A stretch of 64,000 nt of DNA from Gammaproteobacteria bacterium (GTDB lineage Bacteria; Pseudomonadota; Gammaproteobacteria; Arenicellales; JAANXG01): NCBI GenBank assembly GCA_024638505.1, contig JAHEKE010000007.1:534-64533 (forward strand). Direction: 5' to 3'. Below the pieces are notes generated by a model, which worked only from the letters and a program-made list of their open reading frames with translations, was not told the DNA's origin and did not search any database. A program made the translations under genes and the position numbers. Positions 49,912 to 59,663 of this stretch are shown here, in pieces (positions within the stretch are counted from its first letter, which is position 1; every line of letters starts with the position of its first letter).

Positions 49912-50075
49912 TGGCAGTGGTAACTTTTCATGCGGTGTGGACGGTCGTTTTGTTTGTGATTTTTATCGGTATTGTGCTTTGGGCATGGAGTTCAAAACGA
50001 AAGAAACGGTTTGACGAAGCCGCTCGCTTGCCGTTAGATGATGATGAAGAGAAGTTGGAGCGAAAAAATGGCTGA
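49911..50075 (+). CDS. ccoQ: cbb3-type cytochrome c oxidase subunit IV
   Basis: Hand-translated 54-aa [57 protein letters not shown]. Single TM followed by the WA(W/Y)SSKRK motif typical of CcoQ. Absent from the ORF track. Confidence 0.75.
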   Translation: MAVVTFHAVWTVVLFVIFIGIVLWAWSSKRKKRFDEAARLPLDDDEEKLERKNG

Positions 50076-50976
50076 TTTTGTGAGTGACTTTTGGCACTGG
50101 TTTATCATTATCCCTACGCTAATAGGCATTTTTGCGCTATTCCCATTTATCTACATGAACCGGGGCAGCAAGAAAGCAGGTGAAGCTGAAACAACCGGTC
50201 ACGTGTGGGACGAAGATTTAAAAGAGTACAACAATCCTCTGCCCGGCTGGTGGCTGAATATGTTCGTCATCACTCTGGTCTTCGGCATTATCTACCTGAT
50301 TCTCTATCCCGGTTTGGGGCGCTTCGAGGGACTGCTGCAATGGAGTTCGCTGCAGCAGTACAAAGACCAGTTGCAGGTCGCCGAGGAAACCTACACCCCG
50401 CGTTTCAAGCAGTATGCCGCCGTTGATATTCAAACTCTGGCCAAGGACGACGCTGCTATAAAATCCGGTGAACGCCTTTATGCCAACTATTGTTCAGTCT
50501 GTCACGGCTCCGATGCCCGGGGCGCTAAAGGCTACCCCAATCTACGCGATCAGGACTGGCTTTATGGCGGGGAGCCCGAGCAGATTAAAAGCAGCATCCT
50601 TAACGGCCGTCAGGCCGCTATGCCGGCGTGGGAAGCTGTATTGGGCGAAAGCGGTGTGCTCGATGTCACCGAGTATGTTTTGAGCCTGAGCGGCCGGGAT
50701 CACGATCAGCCTGCCGCGGCTCGCGGCAAGACGCAGTTCGAAGCAGTCTGCGCCGCCTGTCACCAGGCCGATGGGACCGGTAACCCGGCGCTGGGCGCGC
50801 CCAATTTAACTAATCGCATATGGCTGTACGGTGGGTCGAGAAAATCGATCATAGAATCGATCACCATTGGGCGTAACGGCGTTATGCCGGCACACCGTGA
50901 ATTTCTCGGTGAAGACCGCGTGCACGTTCTCACCGCCTACATTTACAGTCTGTCGCAAGAGTACGAAAACGAGTAA
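50068..50976 (+). CDS. ccoP: cbb3-type cytochrome c oxidase subunit III (dihaem)
   Basis: Two CxxCH sites (CSVCHG, CAACHQ). ATG at 50068 overlaps the ccoQ end. Confidence 0.9.
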   Translation: MADFVSDFWHWFIIIPTLIGIFALFPFIYMNRGSKKAGEAETTGHVWDEDLKEYNNPLPGWWLNMFVITLVFGIIYLILYPGLGRFEGLLQWSSLQQYKDQLQVAEETYTPRFKQYAAVDIQTLAKDDAAIKSGERLYANYCSVCHGSDARGAKGYPNLRDQDWLYGGEPEQIKSSILNGRQAAMPAWEAVLGESGVLDVTEYVLSLSGRDHDQPAAARGKTQFEAVCAACHQADGTGNPALGAPNLTNRIWLYGGSRKSIIESITIGRNGVMPAHREFLGEDRVHVLTAYIYSLSQEYENE

Positions 50977-50989
50977 CTGCAGGCCATGA

Positions 50990-52477
50990 ATGCAGCAAGT
51001 GGACGATACTAGCGTGGCGACTACGCAGACTGCCGAGAGCCTAAAAGACAAGCAAACCTCGGGTAAAAACAAAAGCCGTCAAGCTCGCACCGGCACCGAT
51101 ACCGAACTGGAACGGGCGCTGTATGAAAAGCGCCAAAAAATCTACCCGCGGGAAGTGCACGGGTTGTTTGCAACTTTGCGCTTGACTGGGGTAGCTGTGC
51201 TGATGGGGATTTTCTACTTTACGCCATGGTTACAGTGGGGTGACCGTCAGGCTGTGCTGTTTGATCTACCGGGGAGAAAGTTCTATATCTTGGGGCTGAC
51301 GCTGTGGCCGCAGGATCTGATTTACCTCTCTGCCCTGCTCATCATTGCCGCCTTGTCCCTATTTTTCTTTACCGCTCTGGCCGGACGCCTGTGGTGTGGA
51401 TATGCCTGTCCGCAAACCGTGTGGACCGAGGTTTTTTTGTGGATCGAACGCAAGATCGAGGGCGATCGGATGAAACAGATCAAACTCGATCGGGCGCGGT
51501 GGACACTGCGAAAGCTGGCTACCAAGGGCACAAAACACGGTCTGTGGATCGCCCTGTCGCTGTGGACGGGCTATACCTTTACCGGTTACTTCACACCGAT
51601 CAGAGAGCTTGGTGCGGGCATTTTCAGTCTCAATCTGGGTCCGTGGGAGACGTTCTGGGTCCTGTTTTACGGATTTGCCACTTACGGTAACGCAGGCTGG
51701 CTACGGGAGCAGGTTTGTATCTACATGTGCCCCTACGCTCGATTTCAGAGCGCCATGTTCGATAAGGACACCCTCATCATCTCTTATGACACCGCGCGGG
51801 GAGACCCCAGAGGATCACGTAAGCGCGGTGCGGATCCGCAGGCACTTGGGCTGGGAGACTGTATAGACTGTACCCTTTGCGTACAGGTCTGTCCGACCGG
51901 AATCGATATCCGCGACGGTCTGCAGTATCAGTGTATAGGCTGTGCTTCCTGTATCGATGCCTGTGATGATGTGATGGATCGCATGGGTTATGCACCAGGC
52001 CTGGTCCGCTATACCACGGAAAACGCCCTGCAGGGCAGGCCCTCGCATATCACCCGGCCGAGGGTCCTGGTTTATGCCGCCATACTGGTTCTTCTTTTAT
52101 CAACCGTGGTGTACACGCTGGCGATACGCACCCCGGCGAAGCTGGACGTCATCCGTGACCGTAACAGTCTGTATCGGGAAACCAACGAAGGGTTGATTGA
52201 GAACGTCTATACGCTGCGCATACTGAACAAAGATGATCGGACGCACAGCTACATCATTACAGCGGAGGGTATGCCCGATATGCGGCTGCTGCTCGACAAA
52301 CCCGAAATCAGCGTTGACGCAGGCGGCGTGCGAGATGTTTCCGCCCGCATCCAGATTGACCCGGTCGATATTAAGGCAGCCAGCAGCGAAATATTATTTC
52401 ACCTTAAAGCCGCAGATTCCCCGGACATATCGGTCTCAGAATCTGCCCGCTTCGTTGGGCCCAACGGTGGATCGTAG
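50990..52477 (+). CDS. ccoG: cbb3 oxidase accessory 4Fe-4S protein
   Basis: CIDCTLCVQVCP and CIGCASCIDAC ferredoxin motifs. FixG-like TM region. Confidence 0.9.
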   Translation: MQQVDDTSVATTQTAESLKDKQTSGKNKSRQARTGTDTELERALYEKRQKIYPREVHGLFATLRLTGVAVLMGIFYFTPWLQWGDRQAVLFDLPGRKFYILGLTLWPQDLIYLSALLIIAALSLFFFTALAGRLWCGYACPQTVWTEVFLWIERKIEGDRMKQIKLDRARWTLRKLATKGTKHGLWIALSLWTGYTFTGYFTPIRELGAGIFSLNLGPWETFWVLFYGFATYGNAGWLREQVCIYMCPYARFQSAMFDKDTLIISYDTARGDPRGSRKRGADPQALGLGDCIDCTLCVQVCPTGIDIRDGLQYQCIGCASCIDACDDVMDRMGYAPGLVRYTTENALQGRPSHITRPRVLVYAAILVLLLSTVVYTLAIRTPAKLDVIRDRNSLYRETNEGLIENVYTLRILNKDDRTHSYIITAEGMPDMRLLLDKPEISVDAGGVRDVSARIQIDPVDIKAASSEILFHLKAADSPDISVSESARFVGPNGGS

Positions 52478-52979
52478 TTCAGCGTCCCAACACTGGTATC
52501 GTGAGCCTTACGTCTGGCTGCTGCTGGCCATACCTTTGTCTTCTGTGGTGATGGGAGCGACCCTGCTCTGGCTCGCGCTCAAGAGCGAAGATGGCTTGGT
52601 GGTCGATGATTATTACAAACGCGGTCTGGAGATCAATCGCACGCTCAAGCGGGATATCATGGCTCAGCAATACAGCCTGCAATCAAACATCAGATTTAAC
52701 GCAGCTGCGGAAACGGCGCACATCTTGTTGCGAGCGGTGCCCCAGTTTCGCTATCCGGAATCAATACAATTAGGCTTATACCATGCCACTAAGTCTGGAT
52801 TTGATCAGGAGCTGACTCTCGAACGAATCAGTGACCGCGGATATACCGGGTACTTGCCGAAACTCGTCCCCGGCCGCTGGTATATCACGCTATGGCATGG
52901 CCAGTGGCGGCTTACCGGAAGCGTGGTATGGCCCGCCGAATCCGCAGAATTGGCCTCTTCGAATAAAACCGAGGGTTGA
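52467..52979 (+). CDS. ccoH: cbb3 oxidase assembly protein FixH/CcoH
   Basis: WYREPYVWLLLAIPLSSVVMG...VDDYYKRGLEINR is FixH-like. GTG at 52467 chosen. The track ORF from 52233 lies inside ccoG. Confidence 0.7.
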   Translation: MDRSSASQHWYREPYVWLLLAIPLSSVVMGATLLWLALKSEDGLVVDDYYKRGLEINRTLKRDIMAQQYSLQSNIRFNAAAETAHILLRAVPQFRYPESIQLGLYHATKSGFDQELTLERISDRGYTGYLPKLVPGRWYITLWHGQWRLTGSVVWPAESAELASSNKTEG

Positions 52980-53821
52980 GCATGCCGGCAGAATTGACTT
53001 TTCTGGCAGCGCTGCTGCTCGGATTCGTGGGATCAAGCCACTGCATCGGTATGTGCGGTGGCATTGCGGGAGCTACGGGCGCAGCTTCCATTGGCAGCGC
53101 CGCGCACCGGTTAGCCGGCCGTATTGCAGATCTGCTGCTGTATAACGCCGGGCGGATTTTAAGCTATATCACGGCGGGTACTATGGCCGCGACTGTGGGC
53201 CAGATCGGATTGAGCATCCTCCCTGCCGCCGTGGCGCGCGGCCTCGCCTTGACTGTGTCGATCGCGTTCCTGTTTGGCTTAGGCCTTTACCTCTCCGGTT
53301 GGTGGTCCTTCCTTCCCGGACTGGAGCGCATCGGAAGCAAGTTTTGGCAGCGGATAGAGCCTTGGGGCCGGCGGTTTCTGCCCATCCGACACCGGTATCA
53401 GGCCTTCTTACTTGGCGTCGTGTGGGGTTGGTTGCCCTGCGGTCTGGTTTACAGCGCGCTTGCCTGGAGCGCTGCCACCGGTGAGCCGTTGACTGGGGCG
53501 CTGCTGATGGCCGGATTCGGGCTGGGTACGCTGCCTACGCTGCTCTGTCTGGGCGCGGCCGGTCATTTGCTGCAGCGGCTGCGACGCAATAGGCTGTTTC
53601 GCCAGGCCGCCGGAGTTACGCTTATTCTTCTCGCGGCAACGCTGTTCGGACTGTATGAACACAATACCCACAAGCATGGACGGCAGCCGGACGATGTGCT
53701 GTTGCGGGGTCCCGAAACAGAAAAAGTCGGGCCACTAAAGATATCCGCTATTCAATCTTATCATCGTCCATCAGAATTCTGTGTGCCGGCCCCTCCAGAT
53801 CATCGAACTGCCTTGACTTAA
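52976..53821 (+). CDS. DsbD_2 / TauE-SafE-like membrane protein commonly linked to cco assembly genes
   Basis: GFVGSSHCIGMCGGIAG N-terminal motif, about 6 TM segments. The C-terminal ~45 aa are hydrophilic and overlap ccoS on the opposite strand. Confidence 0.7.
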   Translation: MSMPAELTFLAALLLGFVGSSHCIGMCGGIAGATGAASIGSAAHRLAGRIADLLLYNAGRILSYITAGTMAATVGQIGLSILPAAVARGLALTVSIAFLFGLGLYLSGWWSFLPGLERIGSKFWQRIEPWGRRFLPIRHRYQAFLLGVVWGWLPCGLVYSALAWSAATGEPLTGALLMAGFGLGTLPTLLCLGAAGHLLQRLRRNRLFRQAAGVTLILLAATLFGLYEHNTHKHGRQPDDVLLRGPETEKVGPLKISAIQSYHRPSEFCVPAPPDHRTALT

Positions 53822-53897
53822 CCGCCCACAGAATGGCAGCGATGATGATCGCAACAAGAATCAGTGACAGTGGAATCAGTAAAAAGATAATGTTCAT
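53748..53897 (-). CDS. ccoS: cbb3 oxidase maturation protein CcoS/FixS
   Basis: Hand-translated 49 aa: MNIIFLLIPLSLILVAIIIAAILWAVKSRQFDDLEGPAHRILMDDDKIE. WAVKS.QFDDLEGPAHRIL is the CcoS hallmark. ATGA overlap with the ccoI stop. Absent from the ORF track. Confidence 0.8.
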   Translation of the reverse strand: MNIIFLLIPLSLILVAIIIAAILWAVKSRQFDDLEGPAHRILMDDDKIE

Positions 53898-56434
53898 CAA
53901 ACGTAGGCCCAGGAAGCACTGGGCCCGTTCAGATCGAAGCTTTTCTCAGCGCGACCCGAAGACAGACGCAACGCATTGATTACTACAAGCAGCGAACTGA
54001 GGGACATGCCAATAACCGCAAGCCAGGGCGGAACCAGACCTAATATACCCAGAGGGAGTGCAAGCAGATTGTAGCTCAACGCCCAGGCAAAGTTCTGGCG
54101 AATTATGCGGCGAGTTTTATTCGCCTGCGTCAGCAGAAGCTCAAGATCAGTTAAGCGGTTGTTCATCAGCACGGCATCGCCGGTGATCTGGGTAAGATCC
54201 GCGCCTGACCCCATGGCGACGCCGATGGCGGCTGCGGCCAGGATGGGGGCATCATTGAGGCCGTCTCCGAGAGCCAGCACAACCTCCCCTTCTGCCTGGC
54301 GGCTTCGCAATATCTTGAGCTTTTCCCGGGGAGCGAGCTGAGCATGATAGTCCGTCACGTTAAGGTCTTTAGCGACCTGCTCCACCACCTCGCCGCGGTC
54401 ACCGGAAAGAATCGAAGCCGTTGCGCCTGTGGCAAGCAGCCGTTTCACCACAGCTTTTGCTTCGGGCCGTAATTCGTCCGAGAAGTAAAAGCTGGCCAGC
54501 ATCTCGGTATCGTTTGCCAGCACGCTGCAGGTCCGATTCCGTCTCATATCTACCGTGCCGGCACTGGCCAGAGAATTACCCGTTTCTTCATGTATGAATC
54601 GGGGTGATCCGAAAAAATATCTTCTACCGGCTATCAAGCCGCTGACGCCCCCGCCGGATGTATGATTCAATTTTTCTACGGGCGGACTCTTCACGCTTTG
54701 CGCATCTGCGGCCTGGGCCGCGGCTAAAGCCCGCGCGATTGGGTGGCTTGAGGATGCCTCCAGGGCACAAGCCATGTTTAGAGCCTCTCTCTCCTCTATC
54801 TGCTTAAGTGTTTGAATTCGCTCCAATTTCATATCGCCCCGGGTTAGGGTTCCCGTCTTGTCGAAAACGATATGCGTGACTGTTGTGAGTTTTTCCATGG
54901 CGTCCGGCTCGAGCAGAACGATACCCTTACGTGTAAGGGTTCCCACACTCGCGGTGATTGCTGCCGGCGTCGCCAGTGACAACGCGCAGGGGCACGCGAT
55001 GACCAGGACGGCAATCACGGTGGATAGCAGGCGTGAAGGTTCATAGAACCAGCAAAAAACAGCCACCGCAGACGCAATTAGCACCAGCCCGACTACGAAC
55101 CAGTTAGCGATGCGGTCGACCAGCTTGACGAATCGAGGCTTGGCGGACTGGGCGCGCTCGGCGAGGTGAGCAATGGTGCTGATCACGGAGTGATCGTAGG
55201 GCCTGACAACGCGTATGGTAATGGCATCATCCAGGTTGACCGAGCCACCCAGCAGCTCACTGCCGATACTTTTCTCAATAGCTTGTGATTCTCCGCTTAT
55301 CACGGACTCATCAACGACACATCTGCCGCTGATAACAACGGCATCAGCGGGTATGATCTCACCCGCCCCAACCCAGACCTGGTCGTCGGTTTCGAGCTGC
55401 GTTGCGGAAACTTTCGTCAGCCCGTCCGCGTCGATGCGCTGAGCCAGTGCAGGCAGTGAGTTATACAGGTGGGAAACTGCGTCCAGCCCCCTTTCGCGGG
55501 CGATGAATTCAAAATACCGCACCGACAATAAAAGAAAGACGAACATCGCAACGGCTTCAAAGTAGGTGTCCCCGCTGCCGCTCGCTGTCGCCCAGGCGCT
55601 GGCGGTAAACGCCAGGAGAATGGCTATCGCCACCGGTATATCTATGCTTGGCTGGCGATGCACTATGCTGCGCCAGGCGCCCAGAAAAAAAGATTGGGCA
55701 CAATACACAACAATAGGTAGAGCAAGCAGCATCGATATCCATTTGAAAAAATACTCGTAGCTTGGGCTGATGCCGGAAGATTTACCAAAATACAGGGCAA
55801 CCGCGATCATCATGATCTGCATACCAAGGACCGCGGACAAACCTATTGCGCGAATTTGTCGATCCCGCTCCTTTTGAACGAACTCGGCCTGTTGCCCCAA
55901 TGCGAAAGGGTGAGCGGTGAAGCCAATGTGAGCGAAAGCCGCCAGGATATTCTTAAGCTCGGTTTCGTTTCTGTTCCAGGTGACCAAAGCCCTTCTGGTG
56001 CTGTAGTTTACAGTCACAGACTCCACGCCGGGAAGCTGTGCAATGCGCGATTCAATTAACCACATGCAGGCACCGCAGTTGATACCCGTAATACGCAGCG
56101 TGACCTCGTTGCGATCGTTGTTGAGCGATCTGATGAATTTAGACTGGATTTCCGGGGTTTCGAATATCGTTGAATCCAGCTGAGTCTGAGTCTCCGGGTT
56201 TAAGGATTTTGCCGTGCGCTTGTCATAAAAGCGTTCCAGGCCTCCATCCACAATCGCCTGCGCTACCGCCTGGCATCCCGGGCAGCAAACTGGCCTGGGT
56301 CGCCCTAAAATGTTTACAACATAACGACCAGCGTGAGGTATGTTAAGCCCACAGTGGTAGCAGCCCTCACTGGCCTTAAGTTCAGCTGCGCTGTGGACGT
56401 GATCTTGGCCAATAGATTCAGCTTTCGTTACCAT
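53897..56434 (-). CDS. ccoI: Copper-translocating P1B-type ATPase for cbb3 assembly
   Basis: HMA domain CGAC, CPC motif IACPCAL, DKTGTLT, GDGLNDAP. Confidence 0.9.
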   Translation of the reverse strand: MVTKAESIGQDHVHSAAELKASEGCYHCGLNIPHAGRYVVNILGRPRPVCCPGCQAVAQAIVDGGLERFYDKRTAKSLNPETQTQLDSTIFETPEIQSKFIRSLNNDRNEVTLRITGINCGACMWLIESRIAQLPGVESVTVNYSTRRALVTWNRNETELKNILAAFAHIGFTAHPFALGQQAEFVQKERDRQIRAIGLSAVLGMQIMMIAVALYFGKSSGISPSYEYFFKWISMLLALPIVVYCAQSFFLGAWRSIVHRQPSIDIPVAIAILLAFTASAWATASGSGDTYFEAVAMFVFLLLSVRYFEFIARERGLDAVSHLYNSLPALAQRIDADGLTKVSATQLETDDQVWVGAGEIIPADAVVISGRCVVDESVISGESQAIEKSIGSELLGGSVNLDDAITIRVVRPYDHSVISTIAHLAERAQSAKPRFVKLVDRIANWFVVGLVLIASAVAVFCWFYEPSRLLSTVIAVLVIACPCALSLATPAAITASVGTLTRKGIVLLEPDAMEKLTTVTHIVFDKTGTLTRGDMKLERIQTLKQIEEREALNMACALEASSSHPIARALAAAQAADAQSVKSPPVEKLNHTSGGGVSGLIAGRRYFFGSPRFIHEETGNSLASAGTVDMRRNRTCSVLANDTEMLASFYFSDELRPEAKAVVKRLLATGATASILSGDRGEVVEQVAKDLNVTDYHAQLAPREKLKILRSRQAEGEVVLALGDGLNDAPILAAAAIGVAMGSGADLTQITGDAVLMNNRLTDLELLLTQANKTRRIIRQNFAWALSYNLLALPLGILGLVPPWLAVIGMSLSSLLVVINALRLSSGRAEKSFDLNGPSASWAYV

Positions 56435-56508
56435 GGCGCGAAGTGTATTCCGCGCGTTGATGAAAGGCCACAGTCTCGTTAAAAGGGGATTTAAAAAACA
56501 ATTTTATG

Positions 56509-56522
56509 ATGATTTAGATCAA
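56509..56522. promoter_or_regulatory. FNR/Anr-like box, 9/10 match (ATGAT-N4-ATCAA)
   Basis: atgatttagatcaa read directly in the ccoI/usp divergent spacer. Confidence 0.45.
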
Positions 56523-56548
56523 ACCTACGCCGCTTAACTGGTCATTGA

Positions 56549-56562
56549 TTGATTTACATCAA
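56549..56562. promoter_or_regulatory. FNR/Anr box, perfect TTGAT-N4-ATCAA
   Basis: ttgatttacatcaa read directly. Lies 40 nt from the first box, centre to centre. Confidence 0.6.
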
Positions 56563-56715
56563 ATTGCACTGAGTGAGCGTAGAGTAAAAGCTGGATGGAT
56601 GCGGTTTACAGGGCAGCGTAGGCTTTACTCCAACGCGGGTGATTTAAATTGACGAACCGCGATGCGAACGGGCTTTTGCTCGCCGGTTGAATTCCTGCTG
56701 CAGGAGGTAATTACA

Positions 56716-57537
56716 GTGTCTATTAGAGATATCCTGGTACATGTAGACCATCAGGAGAGCAGCGAGCGTATTCTCAGGATTGCAATGGCACTGGCGCAAA
56801 AGTTAGGCGCACACCTGGCGGCGCTTTACGTCAAAAATCCTATTGAGTATCCGGTATACGCGGACGTAACTATTCCCCAGAGCGTATTCGACCAAGCGGA
56901 GGAATTCGAACAGGAGAAGCTGAAGGCGTCGAAATTACAATTCGAGAAAATTACGCACGGCCAACAAATACTGGTTGAGTGGAAACAAGAAGAAGGTAGA
57001 ACCGTGGCTAAACTGATAGAACAGTCTGCTTTTTGTGACCTTTTGCTTGTGCGCCAAACTTCTCCATCGAACCAAAGCGATATCGACGAAGATGTCGCAG
57101 AACGTGTCGTGCTGGAATCGGGCAGGCCGATACTGGTTATACCCGAGTCCGTTACTGAAAACATCGGTCTTGATAGAGTTGTTGTGGCGTGGAACGGCAA
57201 GAAGGAAGCGGTCAGGGCGATACATGATGCGATGCCGCTACTCGAAATTGCGAGTAAGGTGAGCATCGTGTCGGTGAAGACCTCGCCTGCCGAAGACATT
57301 CCATGTGCCGACATCGCTAAACACCTGGCTCGCCACGGCGTGAACTTAGAGGTGGAGCAGCCGGACCAGGATATTGTGGACGTGGGCTATTGGCTGCAGT
57401 CACAGCTCGATGAGAAAAAAACGGACCTGGTGGTAATGGGAGCATACGGGCATTCCAGGTACAGGGAAATGATCTTTGGCGGCGTGACGCGTCACATGCT
57501 GCGCAATATGCCCATACCCTGCCTGATGTCGCACTGA
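56716..57537 (+). CDS. Universal stress protein, tandem Usp domains
   Basis: IRDILVHVD..., second domain VVVAWNGKKEA...LVVMGAYGHSRYREMIFGGVT. GTG at 56716 preceded by AGGAGG. Confidence 0.8.
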   Translation: MSIRDILVHVDHQESSERILRIAMALAQKLGAHLAALYVKNPIEYPVYADVTIPQSVFDQAEEFEQEKLKASKLQFEKITHGQQILVEWKQEEGRTVAKLIEQSAFCDLLLVRQTSPSNQSDIDEDVAERVVLESGRPILVIPESVTENIGLDRVVVAWNGKKEAVRAIHDAMPLLEIASKVSIVSVKTSPAEDIPCADIAKHLARHGVNLEVEQPDQDIVDVGYWLQSQLDEKKTDLVVMGAYGHSRYREMIFGGVTRHMLRNMPIPCLMSH

Positions 57538-57582
57538 CCTATAACGTCTGATATTTAAACCGGCCCAGTCATAGACGTAATC

Positions 57583-57600
57583 TGCTTTTTTAAAAAAGCA
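57583..57600. terminator. A/T palindrome between convergent genes (weak bidirectional terminator candidate)
   Basis: tgcttttttaaaaaagca read directly between the usp stop and the proline-racemase-family stop. Confidence 0.3.
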
Positions 57601-57604
57601 TCGG

Positions 57605-58636
57605 CTACTTGAGCATTGGCCAGGTATCGCTGATTTTATAGCCAGCGGGCCATGGATCCTCCGGATCCAAGGTATGCTGATGCAAACCCGTTATCCAGGC
57701 CCGCCCCTTAAGCGATGGAATGATAGCTGCAGTATCTCCTACCCGCGCGCTGGCCACTATCCGGCATTCGAAACTTGAGTCGATGATTGAGCGGCCGATG
57801 AAGAGTTCTCCTGATTTGATTTCTCCGCGCGCACTCAACACGGCTAAACGGGCGGAACACCCGGTGCCGCAGGGAGAACGGTCAAGCTTCCCCGGTTGGA
57901 TGGCAACCGCGTTCTTACCAGTTTTAATGCCGCGCTCAGTCATTACCGGGGCAGCGATCTGACAAAAGGAGATATGGTCCCAGTTCTTGTTTTCAGGGTG
58001 GTTGAAACCAAGCTGTTGATTTGCCGCGTTTGTAATTCTGATGCCTGTCTCAGCGATATCTTTTGCTTCATCCTCAGTCATGCCGAAACCCAGGTCACTG
58101 GCGCTGACTATGACAAAGCTGTCCCCTCCGTAGGCAGTATCCACAGTCAAGCTGCCTAATCCCTCTACTTCCAGATTAACGCCCAGTTTATCGACAAAGG
58201 AGGCAACGTTGCTTACCGTCACGGATTTGACTTTGCCGTTTTCACAATGCGCTACGACCTTAACCAGTCCGCCCGGCGCCTCAAGTACCAAGTGAGTTTC
58301 GGGTTCAGTCATCGGCAAAATGCCGGTTTCGAGTAATACAGTTGTGACGCACATTGAGTTTGAGCCTGACATAGGTGGCGTATCCTCAGGCTCCATGATA
58401 ATCCAGCCTATATCCGCGTCTGGATTTACTGCGGGTACCAGTAAATTGACATGGCGAAACACGCCGCCTCGCGGTTCATTAAGTACGAAGTTACGCAGCG
58501 ACTGATCCCGCGCGATAAATCGAGACTGCTCCCATATAGACTGACCCGGCGGGGGCAGGATACCACCAACAATTACGTCTCCCACCTCTCCTTCAGCATG
58601 GCAACTCACAATGTGTACAACTGTGTTGCAACGCAT
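57605..58636 (-). CDS. Proline racemase-superfamily enzyme (hydroxyproline epimerase/dehydratase-like)
   Basis: [19 protein letters not shown]-terminus, PMSGSNSMC and LDRSPCGTG motifs. Confidence 0.85.
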   Translation of the reverse strand: MRCNTVVHIVSCHAEGEVGDVIVGGILPPPGQSIWEQSRFIARDQSLRNFVLNEPRGGVFRHVNLLVPAVNPDADIGWIIMEPEDTPPMSGSNSMCVTTVLLETGILPMTEPETHLVLEAPGGLVKVVAHCENGKVKSVTVSNVASFVDKLGVNLEVEGLGSLTVDTAYGGDSFVIVSASDLGFGMTEDEAKDIAETGIRITNAANQQLGFNHPENKNWDHISFCQIAAPVMTERGIKTGKNAVAIQPGKLDRSPCGTGCSARLAVLSARGEIKSGELFIGRSIIDSSFECRIVASARVGDTAAIIPSLKGRAWITGLHQHTLDPEDPWPAGYKISDTWPMLK

Positions 58637-58675
58637 CAGTGCGGCTCGCCGGCATTCAATTTGGCCAAATCCATT

Positions 58676-59452
58676 TCAATGCCGTTTAGCGGAACTAAAC
58701 AGAGTAAAGAAGTTGTCGGTAGTAGCCTCCGCCAGTTTGTCCAGCGAAATGTTGCGCAGGGAAGCCACATGCTCGGCTGTGTATCTGACGTAGGCCGGCT
58801 CGTTGGTCTTACCGCGGAACGGAACTGGAGCCAGATACGGGCAGTCGGTCTCGATTAAGATACGATCGATCGGCATCTTTTTGGCGACTTCCTGAATTAC
58901 ACTCGCGCTGTTGAAGGTGACGATCCCAGAAAAAGAAATGTAGAAACCGATATCCAAAGCTTGCTTGGCGACTTTCCAATCTTCAGTAAAGCAGTGCATT
59001 ACACCACCCGCTTCGCGCGCCGACTCCTCACGTAGAATCCGCTGGGTATCGACCGCTGCGTTTCTACTGTGGACAATTAACGGTTTAGCTACCGCTCTGG
59101 CAGCCTCAATGTGTCGCCGGAACCTGTCTCGCTGCCATTCAAGGTCACCCTGGCTTCTAAAGTAATCCAGCCCCGTTTCTCCTACACCAACGATATCCGG
59201 AGCCTGCGCAATTTGTCGGATTTCGGCGACATCTGGTTCCTTGCCCCCGCTCTCGTTAGGATGGACACCAACCGTTGCATAAATATTGGCGTGATTACGG
59301 GCGAGTTGAAGCACCTGCGGAAAATCCTCCATGTTGACTGAGATGCAAAGCATGTAGGCTACGTCGTGCTGTTGTGCATTGGCCAGCACTTCATCGAGAC
59401 GCGTATGCAGAGGCTCGAAATTAATGTGACAGTGGGAGTCGACTAAGACCAT
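58676..59452 (-). CDS. tatD: TatD-family metal-dependent hydrolase
   Basis: MVLVDSHCH start, HPN, IETDCPYL. ATG at 59452 preferred over the track start at 59512. Confidence 0.85.
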   Translation of the reverse strand: MVLVDSHCHINFEPLHTRLDEVLANAQQHDVAYMLCISVNMEDFPQVLQLARNHANIYATVGVHPNESGGKEPDVAEIRQIAQAPDIVGVGETGLDYFRSQGDLEWQRDRFRRHIEAARAVAKPLIVHSRNAAVDTQRILREESAREAGGVMHCFTEDWKVAKQALDIGFYISFSGIVTFNSASVIQEVAKKMPIDRILIETDCPYLAPVPFRGKTNEPAYVRYTAEHVASLRNISLDKLAEATTDNFFTLFSSAKRH

Positions 59453-59663
59453 GGGAGACAGTTGCGCTGAATACAGACTATCGTATATCACAAAAAACTG
59501 TCTGGTCGCCACTCGCCACTACCCAGTCCGTGCGCTCTGTTGTGTAAAATCGCGCGTCCGGATACCTCACATTTGACGCAGAAAACCGGCGCCTGTCCGG
59601 CAAGTCAAGTATTACAAGGAATGGTGAACGCGGGCGACGGCTGCACGGCGCCAACCAGAGCTA

